This document shows positions 37,976 to 48,256 of a DNA stretch of 64,000 nucleotides, in pieces. The stretch is from assembly GCA_963725865.1 (NCBI GenBank), contig CAVSAC010000014.1, forward strand, positions 672,001 through 736,000, read 5' to 3'. Position 1 is the stretch's first letter, and each line of letters opens with the position of its first letter. The notes below the pieces were generated by a model. It made no database searches. It had not been told where the DNA came from and saw only the letters and a list, made by a program, of their open reading frames with translations. A program made the translations under genes and the position numbers. This stretch comes from Candidatus Eiseniibacteriota bacterium. GTDB taxonomy: Bacteria > Eisenbacteria > RBG-16-71-46.

Positions 37976-38716
37976 TCAGCCGCCGGCGCCGGTCAGCGCG
38001 GGCGTGGGAGTTGGCGCCGTGGTCGAACGCGGCGACTCACTCGCGAGTGGGGCGGGCTCCGGCGACTCGACGATCCCGAGCCAGTGCCCGGCGCGCTTCT
38101 GCTTGGTTGCAAGGTAGCGATGGTTGTGGCGATTCGCCGGCGCGACGTGCGGAAGTCGGCCCACCACCTTCACGCCGTGCTCGCGCAGGCCCGCCAGCTT
38201 GGCCGGGTTGTTCGTCATCAGCACGACGCTGCGCACGCCGAGCGCCGCCAGCATCTCGGCTGCCGCGCCGTAGTCGCGCAGGTCGTCACCGAAGCCGAGC
38301 AGGCGATTCGCCTCGATCGTGTCGTGCCCCACGTCCTGCAGCGCGTACGCGCGGATCTTGTTCGTCAGTCCGATCCCGCGGCCTTCCTGTCGCAGGTAGA
38401 GCATCACGCCTACTTGGAGCCGACCGATCGTCTCGAGGGCGGACGTCAGCTGATCGCGGCAATCGCAGCGCAGGGATCCGAGCACGTCGCCGGTCAGGCA
38501 CTCCGAATGGACCCGCACCGGCACGCGCGAGCGACCGCGCACGGGACCCCGCACGATCGCCAGATGCTCCCGGCCGTCCGGCCCGGCGGTGAACGCCACG
38601 GCACGGAAATCCCCGAACCGGGAGGGCAGCTCCGCGACCGAGACGATCCGCATGGGTTCATGAGGCATCAGGTCAGCATGGGCGGCCCGGTCCGGCGCGG
38701 GATCGATGTGGGGCAT
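37976..38716 (-). CDS. ribA: GTP cyclohydrolase II
   Basis: VRVHSECLTGDVLGSLRCDC, QEGRGIGL.NK and LMTNNPAK. Confidence 0.95.
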   Translation of the reverse strand: MPHIDPAPDRAAHADLMPHEPMRIVSVAELPSRFGDFRAVAFTAGPDGREHLAIVRGPVRGRSRVPVRVHSECLTGDVLGSLRCDCRDQLTSALETIGRLQVGVMLYLRQEGRGIGLTNKIRAYALQDVGHDTIEANRLLGFGDDLRDYGAAAEMLAALGVRSVVLMTNNPAKLAGLREHGVKVVGRLPHVAPANRHNHRYLATKQKRAGHWLGIVESPEPAPLASESPRSTTAPTPTPALTGAGG

Positions 38717-38830
38717 GAGTGGTCTCCAGGGGATCGCATCGGGTGGCGCTCTCTAGATGCGCGGACCCCGTCCCAGGATCACCTCAACTTCAGCGCGGTT
38801 CGACCGGCTGGACTGCGGCGACTACCTCGG

Positions 38831-39745
38831 TTACGCCCGTTCCGCCTGCGCGGGCCCGGCCTCGGGCGTCCCGCGGGAGGCGAGCGCGGCAGCGACCAGC
38901 ACCAGGGCGGCACCGAACCACTGCATCGAACGCAGCCCTTCGCCCAGCAGAAGCGCCGAGGCCGCCACCGCGATCACCGGCTCCAGCGTGGCGAGTACCC
39001 CGGCTTCGGCCGGCGGCAGACGGCGCAGCCCCGCGTTGAACAGCGCGAACGGCACCAGCGTCGAGCACACACCGAGCGCCAGGAACATCCACCACAGCGC
39101 GGCGTCGTAGTGCGCCGCCAAGATCCGCCACGGCGGCAGCGCGACCATCCAGAAGAGCGCCGCGACCCAGAACGTGTGGAACAGCACGGTCTCGGGGTCG
39201 TAGTCCCGCAGCCCGCGCTTCGAGCGCACGATGTAGAAGGCGAAGATGACCGCCGACAGGAATGAGATCACCCAGTGGATCGGTCGCGCTCCTCGCGCGG
39301 CCGGGTTCACGCCGCCGACCAGCAGAGCGGTGCCCGCGAGCGCGGCGATCACGGCGATGACCATGGGCACGCTGGGCCGCCGGCCGCGCAGGGCATCCCA
39401 CACCACGATGAGCGCGGGCGCGAGGTACTGGATGAGGATCGCCAGTCCGACGCCGAGCTTCGAGATCGCGACGTAGTAGGTGCTCTGGAGCATCGCGACT
39501 CCAAAGAGCCCGAGCGTGAGGAAGTAGCCGAGGTCGGCGCGCCGGATGCGCAACGCTGCCGGCCGCCGCCACGCGAGCCAGGCACCGAGCAGTGTCACCG
39601 CGAACACCAGTCGCAACTCGACCGCCACCAGCGGCGGCACCTGCCGGTCGCGGAACACGAATCGCGCGAGGGTGGCCGAGAGCCCCCAGAGCGTGCTCGC
39701 CCCGAACACGAGCCAGCGGCCGCGCGAGCGCTCGCGGTCGTTCAT
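38831..39745 (-). CDS. EamA/DMT transporter
   Basis: About 10 TM segments; QYLAP and ATLEPV. Confidence 0.9.
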   Translation of the reverse strand: MNDRERSRGRWLVFGASTLWGLSATLARFVFRDRQVPPLVAVELRLVFAVTLLGAWLAWRRPAALRIRRADLGYFLTLGLFGVAMLQSTYYVAISKLGVGLAILIQYLAPALIVVWDALRGRRPSVPMVIAVIAALAGTALLVGGVNPAARGARPIHWVISFLSAVIFAFYIVRSKRGLRDYDPETVLFHTFWVAALFWMVALPPWRILAAHYDAALWWMFLALGVCSTLVPFALFNAGLRRLPPAEAGVLATLEPVIAVAASALLLGEGLRSMQWFGAALVLVAAALASRGTPEAGPAQAERA

Positions 39746-39783
39746 CGGTGCCGCTCCGCCGATGGCATCCGGTGCGCGCTCCC

Positions 39784-41172
39784 CTAGAGCAGCTGCCGGC
39801 GCATCATCGTGACGGTGCGGGATTCGCCGCGGTGCCGTACCACGAGCGTGATGCGGGAGCCGGGCGGGCCCTCGAGGCGCCGCAGGAGGGTGATCACGTC
39901 GATACCGCGCGCCGTCGCACCGTCGATCGATTCGATCTCGTCGCCCCGCGCCAGGCCTGCCTCGGAGGCGGGTGATGGGGTGGCGACCGCCACGATGCGC
40001 AACGCCCCCTCGACGCGTTCCACCTGGACCCCGACGTGCGAGTACTCGTACGGCCGCGCGTCGCGCCCGACACCGAGCGGTTCGAACCAGACGAGTCGCC
40101 GCGGCAGATCGATCGCGATGCGGAAACGACGCAGGAACGAATAGCCGAGCAGCCCGTGCACCGGCTCACCGACCACGCGCGAGAGCACGTCGGTCAATTC
40201 GCTCGACATCGCGGCGGCGTCGACGCCATCGGCCCTCACCGTGCCGCTGAGCGCCGCGAGCACCAGGTGCGGCACCCGGACGACCCGCGCGTCCTCGCTG
40301 CCGAAGAGCGTGGGCGCGCTCAGCCCGCGCAGCGCGGGCCACGCCGCGCTGCGCGGGATCCGCTCCGCGAGCGCGGGCTCGAACAGCACCGTCTTGGACG
40401 CCCCGGTATCGAGCACCAGCGTGAGCTCCGCAGCCCCGGCACCGCGCCGGACGCCCTCGATGCGCGCGCGAACGAGCAGCTTGCCGTCGCCCAGCAGCCG
40501 GAATGGGACGGCGCGCGCGCGCGGACCGAGTGCGGGGAGCAGCCGCCGCGAGGTGATGACCGGCGATTCGCCGGTCCGCGCGGGGGCGTCGGGCAGCAGC
40601 GCGACGGTCCCCGCTCCATAGTCGATCCACACCAGGTAGGGCGCGAGCGGTCGCTGGCCCAGCAGGCCGAGCACCGCGCGATCAGTCACGCGCCGCACCA
40701 CCTCGGCGTCCACCGTGAGCACTGGAGTCACCTGGTCGAACTGGAGCGCTCCCAGTTCGAGGCGTGCGAGCGGGTGCGGCGTGAGCTCGAACTCGTCCGC
40801 GCTGACCAAGGTGTCCGAAAGGCCGAGCGCGAAAGCGACGTGCCGGTCGAGTGCGAGGCAACCGGCACCGGTGTCGAGCACCAGCGCGCCGGCGGTGTCG
40901 CGGCCCGTGATGCCGTGCAGGCGCGCGGCGACGAGCAACAGGCCGTCGAGGTCCTCGGCCTGCAGCACCTGGGCGCCGTCGGGCCACTCGCGAGCGGGCT
41001 TGGAGTGGGGAGGAGCCTCCAGCGTGGCCGCTGCGTGCAGGCTCGTGACGGTCGCGAGCATCACGGCAATAGCAGCTATAACTATATAAATTATTAAATT
41101 GTTGCGCGATTTCGGAGCGAGTCCATCGGAGCCTGAAGCGCCGTCCTCGCTCGCGCGTACCTCAGCGTCCAT
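39784..41172 (-). CDS. Two-domain aspartyl protease with C-terminal PDZ (start uncertain)
   Basis: Two LDTGA motifs with GLLG partners; SPASEAGLARGDEIESIDG. Confidence 0.82.
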   Translation of the reverse strand: MDAEVRASEDGASGSDGLAPKSRNNLIIYIVIAAIAVMLATVTSLHAAATLEAPPHSKPAREWPDGAQVLQAEDLDGLLLVAARLHGITGRDTAGALVLDTGAGCLALDRHVAFALGLSDTLVSADEFELTPHPLARLELGALQFDQVTPVLTVDAEVVRRVTDRAVLGLLGQRPLAPYLVWIDYGAGTVALLPDAPARTGESPVITSRRLLPALGPRARAVPFRLLGDGKLLVRARIEGVRRGAGAAELTLVLDTGASKTVLFEPALAERIPRSAAWPALRGLSAPTLFGSEDARVVRVPHLVLAALSGTVRADGVDAAAMSSELTDVLSRVVGEPVHGLLGYSFLRRFRIAIDLPRRLVWFEPLGVGRDARPYEYSHVGVQVERVEGALRIVAVATPSPASEAGLARGDEIESIDGATARGIDVITLLRRLEGPPGSRITLVVRHRGESRTVTMMRRQLL

Positions 41173-41578
41173 CCCGACCGCGACTGATCTCGGCGCCGAG
41201 TTCGACCCCTTCCGAGCCCGCCTCGAGCATGGTGCACCGCCCCGTGAAGAAGACGCCCTGCTCCATCACGACGCTGAGCGCCGCGACATCGCCCTCCACA
41301 CGCGCACCAGCTCTCATCTCAATCGTGCCGAGCGCGCGGATGTTCCCGATCACACGACCGCGCACGAGAGCTTCACGCACCTCGACGTCGGCGCGCATCA
41401 CCCCGTGCTCACCGATCTCCAGTCGCTCGCAGTCGAGGACATCACCCTCGAATTCGCCTTCGATGCGAAGTGTGCCCGAGACCATCAGAGTGCCGCGGAA
41501 GCTGGAGCCGACGCCAATGACCGTGTTGGGCGGCGGTGGCTCCTCGGGGCCCGCCGAGCGCCCGCGAAACTTCATCAT
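41162..41578 (-). CDS. Bactofilin (polymer-forming cytoskeletal protein)
   Basis: NTVIG.GSSFRGTL..SGTLRIEGEFEG...FTGRC. Confidence 0.88.
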   Translation of the reverse strand: MMKFRGRSAGPEEPPPPNTVIGVGSSFRGTLMVSGTLRIEGEFEGDVLDCERLEIGEHGVMRADVEVREALVRGRVIGNIRALGTIEMRAGARVEGDVAALSVVMEQGVFFTGRCTMLEAGSEGVELGAEISRGRDGR

Positions 41579-42435
41579 CACAGCACACCCCACACTTCCA
41601 GCAGGCGTTCGAGATCCTCCTGGCTGTAGTACTCGAACTCCACCTTGCCTCCCTTGCGGCCGGCGGTGATCCCCACGTGGGTACCGAAGCGCTGCTGGAG
41701 CTTGACCTCCCACTCGCGCAGCCCGTCGAGTTTCGGAGACTTGGTGCGCGTGTGCTGCTTGCGGAGCCGGCGGCGGACGTATGCCTCGGTGCGCCGGACC
41801 GAGAAGCCCTTCGTCGTCACGTACCGTGCCGCGCCAAGCTGATCCACGTTAGTCTCAAGCGAGAGAATGGCTCGGGCGTGACCGGCTGACAATGTTCCAC
41901 GTGCAACCATCTCCATCACCTCGACCGGGAGCGAGAGGAGACGAAGCGAGTTGGTCACCGAGGAGCGCTGCTTACCCACCCGGTCCGAGACCTGGTCGTG
42001 AGTGAGTCCGACCCGATCGATCAAGGTCTGGAAGGCGCGCGCTTCGTCGATCGGATTGAGGTTCTCGCGCTGGATGTTCTCGATCAGCGCCATCTCCATC
42101 ATCTCGCGATCGGCCACATCGCGGACGATCGCCGGAATCACGCCCAGCCCGGCAAGCCTGGCAGCCCGCAGTCGCCGCTCGCCGGCCACGACCTGGAAGT
42201 CACCGGCCTGGCCCTTACGGACCATGATGGGTTGGAGCACGCCGCTCGCCTTGATCGACGCGGCCAGCTCCTGGATCGCCTCGTCGTCGAATCGCGTTCG
42301 AGGCTGGAATGGATTCGGTGCGATGTCATCGACAGACAAGTCCCGGAGGCCATCAGGACGAGCGTCGACGGTCGCTGTGGCGCCGCTGCCGGGGATTAGG
42401 GCTTCGAGGCCTCTGCCGAGAACTTTCCTATGCAT
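41578..42435 (-). CDS. parB: ParB partition protein
   Basis: [23 protein letters not shown] and [11 protein letters not shown]. Confidence 0.96.
   Translation of the reverse strand: MHRKVLGRGLEALIPGSGATATVDARPDGLRDLSVDDIAPNPFQPRTRFDDEAIQELAASIKASGVLQPIMVRKGQAGDFQVVAGERRLRAARLAGLGVIPAIVRDVADREMMEMALIENIQRENLNPIDEARAFQTLIDRVGLTHDQVSDRVGKQRSSVTNSLRLLSLPVEVMEMVARGTLSAGHARAILSLETNVDQLGAARYVTTKGFSVRRTEAYVRRRLRKQHTRTKSPKLDGLREWEVKLQQRFGTHVGITAGRKGGKVEFEYYSQEDLERLLEVWGVL
41893..41908. promoter_or_regulatory. parS: parS site inside parB
   Basis: TGTTCCACGTGCAACC. Confidence 0.65.
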
Positions 42436-43189
42436 GGTCCAGGACCTCCCGCGCCAGATCTCGGTACGCGTCGGCGCCAGTGCTGTGTGGATCGTAGAGG
42501 ACGATGGGCTTTCCGAACGAGGGAGCCTCGCTGAGTCGCACATTCCGCGGAATCACTGTCTTGTAGACTCGCTCCGCGAAGAACTTCCTCGCCTCGTCCG
42601 CGACCTGTTGCGAAAGATTCAGGCGCGAATCGAACATGGTCAGGAGCACACCCTCGATCCGCAAGCCCGGATTGAGGTGGTCCTGGACCAGCCGAATCGC
42701 GCCGATCAACTGCGTGAGCCCCTCAAGGGCGAGGTACTCGCACTGAAGTGGGATCAGAACCGAGTCCGCCCCCGTGAGGGCGTTGACGGTCAACAGTCCG
42801 ACTGATGGCGGGCTATCGATGAGCACGTAGTCGTACTCGTCCCGCACGGACCCGAGGCAATTCCGCAGCCGAGCCTCGCGCGCCATCATCCCCACCAGCT
42901 CCACTTCGGCACCTGCGAGCCGCTGTCCGGCGGGAACCAGATCCAGGTTCGCGAGCGCGGTCGGCACCACCGCCTGCTTGAGGTCCGACTGGCCGAGCAA
43001 CGCCTCATAGATCGAATGGCGTTGATCGTTGCCGTTGATGCCCAACCCGCTCGAGCAGTTCCCTTGCGGGTCGACGTCGACCAGAAGCACGCGACGACTC
43101 TCTTGTGCGAGGCAGGCGCCGAGGTTGATCGCTGTCGTGGTCTTGCCTACGCCACCCTTCTGGCTGGCGATCGCGATAACGCGTCCCAT
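42428..43189 (-). CDS. parA: ParA/Soj ATPase
   Basis: [15 protein letters not shown] and [14 protein letters not shown]. Confidence 0.96.
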   Translation of the reverse strand: MGRVIAIASQKGGVGKTTTAINLGACLAQESRRVLLVDVDPQGNCSSGLGINGNDQRHSIYEALLGQSDLKQAVVPTALANLDLVPAGQRLAGAEVELVGMMAREARLRNCLGSVRDEYDYVLIDSPPSVGLLTVNALTGADSVLIPLQCEYLALEGLTQLIGAIRLVQDHLNPGLRIEGVLLTMFDSRLNLSQQVADEARKFFAERVYKTVIPRNVRLSEAPSFGKPIVLYDPHSTGADAYRDLAREVLDHA

Positions 43190-43297
43190 TCCCTGTCCGC
43201 GTGCGGGCCCGAGGCGGCCCTGATGAGTGAACTGGTAAGGCGGGGTGTCGATCTGCGCCCGTAAGATAGCAACCGACCGCAGGCCGGACAAGCTCGA

Positions 43298-43313
43298 TGT
43301 TCCACGTGGAACT
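43298..43313. promoter_or_regulatory. parS: parS site upstream of parA
   Basis: TGTTCCACGTGGAACT, 15/16 match to the palindromic consensus. Confidence 0.85.
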
Positions 43314-43339
43314 GAGCGAAGCGAATCAGAGTATCAGAC

Positions 43340-44689
43340 TCAGACTCTTCTGAATCTGAGCACGACTACTGGTCCGCTGCTGAGTTCGCTTCGGCCCTCG
43401 AGGCTCCACGAGCGGCGCCAGTCTTGATCGGCTCGCAGCTCCTCACCGTGGCGGCTGCCCTTCCACAGGAAAGCCCAACCCCCCTCGACCACCAGGTTGG
43501 CAGCGAGCGCCAGCGTGGGAGTGAGCGGCAGCGTGGCCCGCGAGGTGAACCCGTCGAAGCGACGGATTGTCGGGTCCTCCTCGATCATGGTCTCGAGGCG
43601 CGCATTCACGACGTCGAGATCCGAGATCCCCAGTTCTTGCGCGGCGCGCCGAAGGAATAGCGTCTTGGTGCGCCGCGACTCGACCAGCGTCCAGTGCTTG
43701 CCGACCCCCGCGAGCAGCAGCGGCACCGCCGGCAGTCCCCCTCCGGAGCCGAAGTCGAGCCACCGCTCCACCCCTGTGGACTTGAGAGCGGGCGCGGGCA
43801 GGAGCGACTCGAGCAGATGGCGGGCCACGAAGCGACCCTCATCATTTCTCGATATCAGATTGGAATAGCTGCGATTCCAACTCAGAAGCATGATCGAGAA
43901 TCGCTTCAGCCGATCGATCGTCTCGGTGGGATCGGCGCCGGCGGCGAACAGTGGCGGAATGAGCGCCGACCAATCCTGCCGATCGAGCAGGGCCGAGGTG
44001 TCCCACGCCCGGATTGGGTCTTCGCCGCGCAGCATCTCCTCGACGGGCATCGACTCGAGCTCGAGATCCGGCGGCCCCGTGCGCTGGCGCATCGGTCGTT
44101 GCGGGCGATTCTCGCGCGGCGGGCGCCCCGGGCGGCCGGAGCGGGGGACCCGCGCGGTGCGATTCCGTCGTGTGTCGCGGCCAGTGCGGGCCGCGCGCCC
44201 ACCGGTCGCGCCGCGCTCGGCGCGCGGCCCGCGATCCGTGCGTGACGAGCGATCCGAGCGCGGCGCTCCAACGCCGCGTGTTGGCCGTTCCCCACGCGAC
44301 GATCGCTCTGCACGTGATGCGCGGTCCGCGCGCGGCGAGCGCGCGAAGCGCGGCGGCCGGCTTGCCCGTGGCCCGCGGTCGGCGCGCGTCGATCGGCCGG
44401 TACGCGACGGGCTGGCCGCCCGCGGCGTGCGGCTCGCTCGCGGCGGACCCTCTGCGCGCGGGGGGCGGTCTGCACGCGGCGCGCGGTCTGCGCGCGGCGA
44501 GCGATCCGCTCGGGGCGGTCGCTCCGTCCGCGTTCGTCTTTCCTGCGAGCGCGCATCGCCCGCGGGCCGGGGGCCGGCTGGGCGCCGCGATCCGGAGCGT
44601 GGCGAGGACGATCGAGCGGAGCGTCCGGCGGGTCCGCCACTTCGATCGGAGGCGCGCGGAGATGGGCGTGACGACCTGGTGCGTTTCAT
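43340..44689 (-). CDS. rsmG: 16S rRNA m7G methyltransferase RsmG, possibly with a long Arg-rich N-terminal extension (alternative start 44050)
   Basis: WNRSYSNLIS, RHLLESL, LDFGSGGGLP, LVESRRTK and TSRA; lies between mnmG and parA. Confidence 0.88.
   Translation of the reverse strand: MKRTRSSRPSPRASDRSGGPAGRSARSSSPRSGSRRPAGPRPAGDARSQERRTRTERPPRADRSPRADRAPRADRPPRAEGPPRASRTPRAASPSRTGRSTRADRGPRASRPPRFARSPRADRASRAERSSRGERPTRGVGAPRSDRSSRTDRGPRAERGATGGRAARTGRDTRRNRTARVPRSGRPGRPPRENRPQRPMRQRTGPPDLELESMPVEEMLRGEDPIRAWDTSALLDRQDWSALIPPLFAAGADPTETIDRLKRFSIMLLSWNRSYSNLISRNDEGRFVARHLLESLLPAPALKSTGVERWLDFGSGGGLPAVPLLLAGVGKHWTLVESRRTKTLFLRRAAQELGISDLDVVNARLETMIEEDPTIRRFDGFTSRATLPLTPTLALAANLVVEGGWAFLWKGSRHGEELRADQDWRRSWSLEGRSELSSGPVVVLRFRRV
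44210..44530 (-). repeat. Degenerate 18-bp tandem repeat (RADRxP-like units)
   Basis: RADRSP RADRAP RADRPP RAEGPP RASRTP... periodicity. Confidence 0.7.
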
Positions 44690-44753
44690 CGCGGCGGACT
44701 CTAGCACAGCCTCACGAACCACTCGCGGGGCGCGGCGCGCGCTCGTGCGGCGA

Positions 44754-46772
44754 TCAGCGTTCGGTGCACAGCCGTCGCTCGTGCACCAGCAGCACCGCGA
44801 TGTCCGCGGGAGACACGCCCGCGATGCGCGCGGCCTGCCCGACGGTCGCGGGTCGCCAGCGGCGCAGCTTCTCGAGCGCTTCGAAGGAGATCCCGCTCAG
44901 AGTCTCCGCCCACAACTCCGCGGGCAGCGCCTGCGTCTCGAGCGCTGCCGTACGGGCCGCAGCGCGCTGCTCTCGTTCGATGTAGCCGCGATAGCGGGCC
45001 CGGACCTCGATGCACGCGGCCCACGCGGCTGGCAGCGACAGCTCCACGCCGTGCGCTTCGAGCGAGGCGTATGTGACACCCGGGCGCGCGAGGTGCTCGA
45101 GCGCGCTCACCGGCCGGAGCGCGGCCACCGCGTCCGCGGCAGCGGCTGCCTGCGTGATGGCGTACTCGCCCGCCGAGGCTCCCGTTTCGAGGGCCGGCGG
45201 CGCGGTTCCGCGCGCGCACCCCTCGTCACCGGCCCTGTCCGGCTCGGGCCCGACCGCGCCCATCGACATCGCGGGCACGCGCACCGTCACCCGCGCCAGC
45301 CGGCACTCTTCGGCGGCGAGCGCGGCGGACTTCTCGCGCACTCGTTCGGCCTGCGTGCGGTCCAGCAGCCCGAGCGAGAAGCCGATCTCGGCCAGCCGTT
45401 CGTCGGCGTTGTCGGCCCGCAGCAGCAGGCGGTGCTCGGCCGCGGAGGTGAACATGCGATAGGGCTCGCGATGCTCGCGGCTCACCAGGTCGTCGATCAG
45501 CACGCCGACGTACGCCTGGTCGCGCCGCAGCACGAAGGGTCCCTCGCCGCGGACCCGGCGCGCGGCATTGACGCCCGCCACGAACCCCTGGGCGGCCGCC
45601 TCCTCGTAGCCGGAGGTGCCGCAGATCTGCCCGGCCAGAAACAGTCCCGGCGCGCGGCGCACCTCGAGCGTCGGCGCGAGCTGGTGAGGGAGCACGAAGT
45701 CGTACTCCACCGCGTAGCCGGGGCGGAGCATCTCGGCGCGCTCGAGGCCCGGGATGGTGCGCACGAACGCCAGCTGCACCTCCTCGGGGAGGCTGGTGGA
45801 CAGACCGTTGAGGTAGAACTCGGCCACCTCGCGCCCCTCGGGCTCCACGAAGATCGAGTGGCTCTCCTTCTCGGCGAAGCGCACCACCTTGTCCTCGATC
45901 GAGGGGCAGTAGCGCGGGCCGATGCCGCGGATGCGCCCCGAGTAGAGCGGCGAGAGGTGAAGGTGGTCGCGGATGAGCTGGTGCGTGCGCGGCCCGGTGC
46001 GGGTGAGCCAGCACAGCTCCTGCGCGACCTCGAGGCGCTCGGTCCAGTGCGAGAACGGCTGCGGCGGATCGTCGCCCGGCTGCGGAGCCATGGCTCCCAC
46101 GTCCACCGAATCGCGGTGCAATCGCGGCGGAGTGCCGGTCTTGAGTCGCCCGCGCTCGAGCCCCAGCTCGGCCAGGCACTCACTCAGCGCGCGCGCCGCG
46201 TGCTCGCCGAGGCGCCCGCCCGCGAGCTGGCGCGGGCCGATGTGGATGACACCGTTGAGGAAGGTCCCGGGCGTGATGACTGCGGCCCGGCAGCGCAGCA
46301 GCCGGCCGTCGGCCAGCTCGATGCCGGCCACCGCGCCGCGCTCGAGGCGCACGTGGTGGGCGAGCCCCGCGAGGCGTTCGAGGTTCGGCAGGCCGTCCAT
46401 CAGGGCGGCCATCTCGACCGAGTAGCGCGGCTTGTCGCACTGGGCGCGCGGCGACCAGACGGCCGGGCCGCGACCGCGATTGAGCATCTTGAACTGGATT
46501 CCCGCGCGGTCGGTGACGCGCGCCATCACCCCGCCGAGCGCGTCCAGCTCGCGCACCATATGGCCCTTCGCGATCCCGCCCACCGCGGGGTTGCACGACA
46601 TCCGCGCGATGTCATCGCGGGTGGCCGAGAGCAGCACCGTCGCGAGGCCCATCCGCGCGCACGCGGCCGCCGCCTCGCAGCCGGCGTGGCCCGCGCCGAC
46701 CACGACGACGTCGACGTCGCGGTCGCCAAGCGCCGGATCGCCGGCCCGCTGGTCCGCCGGATGCTCGATCAT
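44754..46772 (-). CDS. mnmG: tRNA modification enzyme MnmG (GidA)
   Basis: [39 protein letters not shown] and YRMFTS. Confidence 0.96.
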   Translation of the reverse strand: MIEHPADQRAGDPALGDRDVDVVVVGAGHAGCEAAAACARMGLATVLLSATRDDIARMSCNPAVGGIAKGHMVRELDALGGVMARVTDRAGIQFKMLNRGRGPAVWSPRAQCDKPRYSVEMAALMDGLPNLERLAGLAHHVRLERGAVAGIELADGRLLRCRAAVITPGTFLNGVIHIGPRQLAGGRLGEHAARALSECLAELGLERGRLKTGTPPRLHRDSVDVGAMAPQPGDDPPQPFSHWTERLEVAQELCWLTRTGPRTHQLIRDHLHLSPLYSGRIRGIGPRYCPSIEDKVVRFAEKESHSIFVEPEGREVAEFYLNGLSTSLPEEVQLAFVRTIPGLERAEMLRPGYAVEYDFVLPHQLAPTLEVRRAPGLFLAGQICGTSGYEEAAAQGFVAGVNAARRVRGEGPFVLRRDQAYVGVLIDDLVSREHREPYRMFTSAAEHRLLLRADNADERLAEIGFSLGLLDRTQAERVREKSAALAAEECRLARVTVRVPAMSMGAVGPEPDRAGDEGCARGTAPPALETGASAGEYAITQAAAAADAVAALRPVSALEHLARPGVTYASLEAHGVELSLPAAWAACIEVRARYRGYIEREQRAAARTAALETQALPAELWAETLSGISFEALEKLRRWRPATVGQAARIAGVSPADIAVLLVHERRLCTER

Positions 46773-46780
46773 CGCCCCGC

Positions 46781-48184
46781 TCACTTCCCGATGCAGAAGC
46801 GCGCGAAGATGCGCGCGAGCAGATCGTCGTCGACGCCGCGGCCGGACACGGTGCCGAGCGCGAGCTGGGCATCGCGGAGCCGGGCCGCGACGATCTCGCC
46901 CGCCGTCCCCATGCGCGCCTCGCGGAGCGCCTCGCGGAGCGCCTCGCGCGCTTCGGCGAGCGCCTCCAGATGACGCGGGTGACTGGCAGCGATCGCCATC
47001 CCGCCCGCGGGCCCGTCCACGCCGAGCAGCGCGGCGAGCGCGGTGCGGACCTCGCCGATGCCCTCGCCCCGCACGGCGCTGGTCTCCACCACGCGATGTT
47101 CGCCGCCGCCGAGCAGCGCGCGGACGTCGTCCACCGCCACCGCCACGCCCCGGTCGCGCTGGTTGAGCGCGGCCACCACGCGGCGACCCTCCAGCGCGCC
47201 GGCGAGCGCCCGGTCCTCCGCCCGCAAGGGCGCCGCGCCGTCCAGCACCCACAGCGCGATGCGGCTCTCCTCGAGCGCGGCGCGCGCGTGCGCGATCCCC
47301 ACCGCCTCCACCGGGTCAGCGGCCTCGCGCAGTCCCGCGGTGTCCGAGAGCACGACCCGAACACCCTTCACGTCGATGACCTCGCTGACCCGGTCGCGGG
47401 TGGTGCCCGGCACGGGCGTGACGATGGCGCGCTCCTCGCCGAGCAAGGCGTTGAAGAGCGAGGACTTCCCGACGTTGGGCCGGCCGACGATCGGGATTTG
47501 GACGCCCGCCCTCACCGCCGCGCGCACGCGCGAGCGCTCGAGCAACGCCTCCAGCTCCCCGAGCGCGCCGGCGAGCGCGTCGACCACGGTCGCCGGGACC
47601 TCGACCCCGCCGACGTCCTCGGCGAAGTCCACCCGTGCCTCGATCTCGGCGCGCGCATCCGCCAGCCGCTCCTCGAGCACCGCGAGCGTTCGCGTGAGCG
47701 CACCGGCCAGCTGATCGAGCGCCGCGGCCCGCGCGGCCTCGCTCTCGGCCGCGATCAGGTCGCCGACCGCCTCCGCCTGCGCCAGATCGAGGCGTCCGTG
47801 GAGGTACGCGCGCAACGTGAATTCGCCCGGCCCCGCGAGCCGCGCGCCGGCCGCCACGAGCGCGCCGAGCACCGTGGCGGCCGGCAGGCGCCCGCCGTGG
47901 CACGACAGCTCGACGACGTCCTCGCGCGTGTACGAGCGTGGCGCGCGGAACACCGCTGCCACCACTTCGTCCAGGCGCCGCTCGACGGCCCCGGGCACGT
48001 CCGCCACCGCCCAGCCGTGGTGCAGCGTGTGGCTGACCGCCACCGCGAGCGGGGCTGCGCCCCGGAACACCGCGTCCGCGCACGCGAACGCACGCGGGCC
48101 GCTCACGCGCACGACCGCCAGCCCAGCCGCGCCGGGCGCGGTGGCGATCGCGGCGATGGTGTCGTGGAGCGCGTAGGACGTCAT
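46781..48184 (-). CDS. mnmE: tRNA modification GTPase MnmE
   Basis: [26 protein letters not shown] and C-terminal FCIGK. Confidence 0.96.
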   Translation of the reverse strand: MTSYALHDTIAAIATAPGAAGLAVVRVSGPRAFACADAVFRGAAPLAVAVSHTLHHGWAVADVPGAVERRLDEVVAAVFRAPRSYTREDVVELSCHGGRLPAATVLGALVAAGARLAGPGEFTLRAYLHGRLDLAQAEAVGDLIAAESEAARAAALDQLAGALTRTLAVLEERLADARAEIEARVDFAEDVGGVEVPATVVDALAGALGELEALLERSRVRAAVRAGVQIPIVGRPNVGKSSLFNALLGEERAIVTPVPGTTRDRVSEVIDVKGVRVVLSDTAGLREAADPVEAVGIAHARAALEESRIALWVLDGAAPLRAEDRALAGALEGRRVVAALNQRDRGVAVAVDDVRALLGGGEHRVVETSAVRGEGIGEVRTALAALLGVDGPAGGMAIAASHPRHLEALAEAREALREALREARMGTAGEIVAARLRDAQLALGTVSGRGVDDDLLARIFARFCIGK

Positions 48185-48203
48185 CAAGGACCTCGCAATG
48201 GAA

Positions 48204-48234
48204 CGGCGCCGGGCTCGCGAGGAGCCCGGCGCCG
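48204..48234 (-). terminator. Hairpin between jag and mnmE
   Basis: Perfect 13-bp stem CGGCGCCGGGCTC/GAGCCCGGCGCCG. Confidence 0.5.
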
Positions 48235-48256
48235 AGGACCGCTTGAGGCGGGCCGA

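Noticed and set aside
41070..41100. AT patch as a dif (XerCD) site
   Set aside because: The ATAA and TTAT cores are 9 bp apart instead of 6, and the region looks origin-proximal.
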